Part shown: positions 57,659-64,000 of the stretch, piece by piece
Layout: every line of letters begins with the position of its first letter
Numbering within the stretch: the first letter of the stretch is position 1
NCBI GenBank assembly: GCA_964016885.1
Contig: OZ024751.1
Span: 11,532,001-11,596,000 of the forward strand
DNA: 64,000 bases
Source: Eledone cirrhosa
Taxonomy: Eukaryota
Direction: 5' to 3'
The notes under the pieces: model-generated
Told to the model about the DNA's origin: nothing
The model's database searches: none
What the model saw: the letters and a program-made list of their open reading frames with translations, nothing else
Program-made: the position numbers and the translations under genes

Positions 57659-57696
57659 CGAGCTGAGGATCCGCTAAGGTGAAACAAGTGTTCTCG
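57659..57696 (+). ncRNA. Minimal type I hammerhead ribozyme motif in a 145-bp TA-flanked insert (57653-57797)
   Basis: CGAG CTGAGGA T CC gctaa GG T GAAA CA ag TG TT^CTCG; all three stems pair. Confidence 0.82.
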
Positions 57697-57792
57697 GTGT
57701 GGTGAACTAAATGTTGTGTAACCACTTCTACCTAACTCTTCCCATGGACTGAGGGGGTCTACCACTATGGATATTACCTTCCACTGATCTAC

Positions 57793-57849
<57 letters not shown>

Positions 57850-57869
57850 ATTATATATATATATGTATG

Positions 57870-57988
<119 letters not shown>

Positions 57989-58309
57989 GAGTGAGAGAGA
58001 GAGAGAGAAATGAGTGAGAGAGAGAGAGAGAAATGAGTGAGAGAGAGAGCAGAATGATGAAAAAGAGAGGGTGAGAGGGAGAGAGAGACAGAGAGAGTGA
58101 GAGATGTATTCCGCAGAGATCTGTCCCCTACATCTGACGTTGTCATTGTTTTAATTATTGACGTGTTGGTTCACACAGAGACTTGTCATATAATGTCAGA
58201 CAACGTCAGTAATGGCGGCGATGTAGAGGAAGGAGGGGGAGAGGAGGGTGGAGGGAGAGGAAGGGGGAGGGAGAGGTAGGTAGCGGCTGAGGTGTCGAGA
58301 TGATGATCT

Positions 58310-58588
58310 TCATGATGCTGACATTGACGATGATGATGTAGTTAATTTTGATGATGATGTTGATGATGATGATGATGAAGATGAAGATAATGATGATAAT
58401 AATGTTGTTGATGATGATGATGATGATGATGGGGAAGAGGGGGAGGACGTTGATCTAGATGGTGATGACGATAATGATGACAATGATGATGATGATGATG
58501 ATGATAATGATGTTGATGATGCTGATGTTAATGATGATGATAATGTTGATGATGATGATAATCATGATGATGATGATGATGATAATGA

Positions 58589-58627
<39 letters not shown>

Positions 58628-58839
58628 TGATCATGATGATGATGATGATGACGATGATGATGACGATGATGATGATGATGATAATGATGACGACGACGGC
58701 GACGATAATGATGATGATGATGATAGTGATGATGGTGGTGGTGGTGGTGGTGGTGGTGGTGGTAGAAGCGCTAATGTTGAATCTCGGCATAATATTCATC
58801 ATAATAATGGTAGTGATATTACTGTTGGTGGTGATAATT

Positions 58840-58880
<41 letters not shown>

Positions 58881-59100
58881 AATCATGATGATGATGACGA
58901 AGATGATGATGACGATGATGATGATGATTATGGCGATGGCAGCAATAATGACAATTTTGTTATAGTACGGCTCTTTCTCTATTGGTGCTGACGTTGACGA
59001 TAAAAATACATTTAATGACACGCTTGTTGTTCTTTCATCATCATCGTTGTTGCTGTTGTTGCTGTTGTTGCTGTTGTTGTTGTTGTTGTTGTTGTTGCTG
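58310..59100. repeat. (GAT)n/(GAC)n/(GGT)n/(GTT)n low-complexity tract
   Basis: Direct reading. Confidence 0.93.
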
Positions 59101-59595
59101 TGTTCATTGGTTTTTGTGTGTGTTGTTGCTTTTTTTATTATCATTTTAACAAACTCATCGCCCTTTCCATCGAGGGTTTTTAACAAGAAGAATGAAATTA
59201 AAAATAAAAGTCATATTATTGACAACGCCACCTGGTGGAGGTGTAGCTATACTGACACTGATGATGACAAGAGGGGTGGTGATAGGCGTTGTGTGATAGA
59301 TTGTAAGGTGGTGGTAGCGGCTGGTAGAGTCGAATATCAAGTATAGAGGTGTTGGCAGGGACTTTTATATGGCTGTTACATGCCTCAAATATTGCTGCGT
59401 AAACGTTCATCAGGGAGAGAAGGCAACACGTTCCGACAGACAAGTTTTCAATTAGCAAGGTCCCAACGGCTGAATACTCAGGCTGCACGGTTAAGGTGAG
59501 GTGTGATGAGGCAGAGATAAAAAGAGAAAGAGAAGGAGAAAGTGAAAAGTTAAAGATGGAAACATCTAACCATACATCGATGGATGGTTAGATAA

Positions 59596-59689
<94 letters not shown>

Positions 59690-59794
59690 GAAAAGTATAG
59701 AAATGATTGTGAGCAAGAAGCCAACAGTATTCCATAATATATATATATATATATAGAGAGAGATATAGATATATATATACATATGTATAGGTTA

Positions 59795-59826
<32 letters not shown>

Positions 59827-59833
59827 GTATAGG

Positions 59834-59920
<87 letters not shown>

Positions 59921-60073
59921 GTCTATACATATGTATAAACACAGAGAGAGAGAAAAAAAAGGAGAGAGGGTATCATGTATGATTAAGCAAGGAAGAATTG
60001 TGCGTAGTCAAGGATAATTGACATCGACGGAATTAGTGAGAGGGAATGAAACTAAAATGGAGGCAAAGAGAAA

Positions 60074-60182
<109 letters not shown>

Positions 60183-60454
60183 CAGTGTAAGTAAATATAG
60201 ACGGATTGGTGCAATGGGTGACATTGAAATATAACACAGGGAGAGAAAGGAGCAGATATAGGAGAGAAAATGAGAAAGTGGGAGACATGGTTATAGACAC
60301 ATACGTAGTCATACATATAGAAGAAACCATTTTGAATAGTGTGAGAGAAATATAATGTTAATGGAGGGATATATAGAGGGGAGGAGAGGGAGAGTGAGAC
60401 TTGGAGAATATTATTCTGACAGAAGCAGAATGTTTAGACATAATATATATATGA

Positions 60455-60580
60455 AGGCGCGTGGCTGAGTGGTAAGAGAATTGAACACTCAATCGTGAGG
60501 TTTAGAGTTCGATTCCTGGACAGGGAAATGCGTTATGTCCTTGGGCAAGACACTTTATTTCACGTTGCTCCTTCTACCTG
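60455..60580 (+). mobile_element. Second tRNA-derived SINE family, 5' part
   Basis: A box gtggctgagtggt, B box gagttcgattcc, then gtccttgggcaagacacttt (CORE/MIR-like motif). Confidence 0.75.
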
Positions 60581-61137
60581 GAGTTATGACCGATAGATAG
60601 TATTAGCAATTGGAAAGACCAATGGAAAAATTGTTTCCTCGGTCCGATTTGACGAAAGTCAATCGACTGTCATATATATATATATATTATATATATATAT
60701 ATATATTTTATATATATATATATGTATGTGCATGTGTGTGGATGTATATATAAAAATATAAATGATGCAACTTCCAGGGATCCCAGAAAGTTGTCTGTGA
60801 TTTTTGATCGATTAGAACGATTCTAATCAACAAGATATGTTCCAGGTTTCTTTTCAACCTTTCTGCATCCATCGTTATTGTGGTATATGAATGGCCACGG
60901 TCTTTGGTCGTTTTTCTCGGTGTCACACATTTTAACTGTTGTATTTACTATGGACGATAATGTATTAAAGTTTGCTTTGCGATTCCGGCAAACAACTCAA
61001 ATAGTACTTGCATTGATGGTCTGTGGCCACAATAACATATACTTCGTAGGTCATCTCCGAATAAAATATTTTCCTTATTTTCTCTGTTTGTATTTGCCGT
61101 AATTCCTTCATTGAGTAACTGATCAAGCAATACGTGC

Positions 61138-61190
61138 CTGATGATGACGCCAGGATCTTACGTAACCTGGCCATTGGAATATATAAAGTG
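61138..61190 (+). ncRNA. Decayed hammerhead-like motif
   Basis: CTGATGA TGAC GCCAGG atcttacgtaa CCTGGC CATT GGAA TATA TA; GAAA mutated. Confidence 0.4.
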
Positions 61191-61440
61191 TCTATTCAAC
61201 AATAATATTTTAAGGGAGCGTAACAAGTCCGGCTTCCTGTAATTGTAATAAAACTAATATATATATATATACCACGATATATATACACTCTCGCTATATA
61301 TATATATATATATGCAATTATACCTGGGTTGTGAATCTGTGAATGTGTTGGTTTGTTTTTGAGTACATAAGCATTCACGATATATACCTTTAAAATAAGG
61401 TGTAGAAAATTCAACATATATTTCACCCATTATTATTTCT

Positions 61441-61625
61441 GGATTGGCAGTATCGGTAGAGAGTCTGACGCCATGCTTTGCAGCAAAAAGTTACGGCCAT
61501 TTATGGTCTCAGTTCAAATCCCGCCGAGGTTAACTTTGCCTTTCATCCTTACGGGGTCGATAAAATAAAGCGCAAGTAATACACTGGGATAATTGCTGGC
61601 CTTGTGCCAAAAGAACAATTATTTA
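61441..61625 (+). mobile_element. Main tRNA-derived SINE
   Basis: ggattggcagtatcggtag ... ccttgtgccaaaagaacaattat. Confidence 0.92.
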
Positions 61626-61799
61626 TATACAAATGTACATACATTTATAAAAAAAAAACTGTATGTGTGTGTGTGTGTGAGTCTTTGTGTTTGTGTGTGC
61701 GTGTGTGTTAGAATAAAATTGCGTGCGTGTGTGTTAAAGTAGAAATCTAGTTGACGGGAAAATAGGGCATAACACAAAATTGTAAATGGAGATGTATAA

Positions 61800-63040
<1,241 letters not shown>

Positions 63041-63249
63041 ATTCATAATAGAAATTAGAGGTAAAATAAAAAAAGAAGAAAAATATCATATGAGGCGTAT
63101 AATAAAATAATTTTTGTGAAAAAGGAAGCAATTATTTTAGAAAGGAAAAAGGCGGGTGAAATAAATTATTTTATTCTGTTATAATAAATGTGCCTGCTTT
63201 TAGTGAACACATATATACTCGCATGTACACACATATTTATGGGCATATA

Positions 63250-63337
<88 letters not shown>

Positions 63338-63346
63338 GGGGAGAGC

Positions 63347-63386
<40 letters not shown>

Positions 63387-63791
63387 AAGAGAGTACGATA
63401 TATATATATATATACAAATTGCATACAAACAAGCAACCATACATACATTCATAGCGACGACTATACATTCATACATTCATACATACATTCATGCATTCAT
63501 ACATACATACATACATTAATACATTCATATATACATACATACATTAATACATTCATACATACATACATACATTAATGCATTCATACATACATACATTCAT
63601 ACATACATACATACATTCATACATACATAAATACATCCACACACTTTTGCTAGTTCAAGTTTTAAATACGTAAAGTCATTAGTTTTAAGACTTCATAAAT
63701 GCGTAACTGCAATATGTCACTCAAATGCGTAACTGCTATATTGTAATACACACACATATTTATGTATATATACACAAACACACACACACAC

Positions 63792-63882
<91 letters not shown>

Positions 63883-63947
63883 ACTATGTATCTTTCAAAC
63901 TATCTTTTACCTACAACTCTGTCTCCCCTCATAACTTTACCTCGATC

Positions 63948-64000
<53 letters not shown>

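Noticed and set aside
58100-59490. Low-complexity His/Ser/Pro-rich coding exon on the minus strand
   Set aside because: His and Ser frames are interrupted by stops and the long open frame is poly-Ile from (ATC)n; the 59216-59488 ORF has a possible acceptor but no recognisable homology.
60750-61130. Reverse-transcriptase-like LFGDDL on the minus strand
   Set aside because: Single short motif without supporting flanking RT motifs.

Overview
AT-rich, microsatellite-saturated metazoan DNA. The repeat families and the extreme (TA)n/(CA)n load point to an octopod cephalopod genome (inference). No intact host gene can be supported, and almost all ORF-track entries are simple-repeat translations. 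Recognisable content: (1) a decayed near full-length Tx1-like L1-clade LINE (about 39281-44292) and a second 5'-truncated copy (54341-55562, minus); (2) about 20 copies of a ~190-bp tRNA-derived SINE, including a head-to-tail array, plus a second tRNA-derived SINE family; (3) a 3' remnant of a Penelope-like element (PLE) ORF with a GIY-YIG endonuclease (15633-16310); (4) a CRE-like RLE retrotransposon tail. The main signal is a dense set of short non-coding inserts sitting inside (TA)n tracts. They carry type I hammerhead ribozyme (HHR) motifs from several unrelated sequence families, many with a non-canonical U.U or A-U pair at the base of stem II, and many are folded back into palindromes. 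One is a 1.17-kb non-coding element made of a 989-nt unit plus a 180-bp direct repeat whose boundary lies next to the HHR cleavage site, which is a retrozyme-like or non-autonomous PLE architecture. All RNA structures were paired by eye; none is computed or tested.
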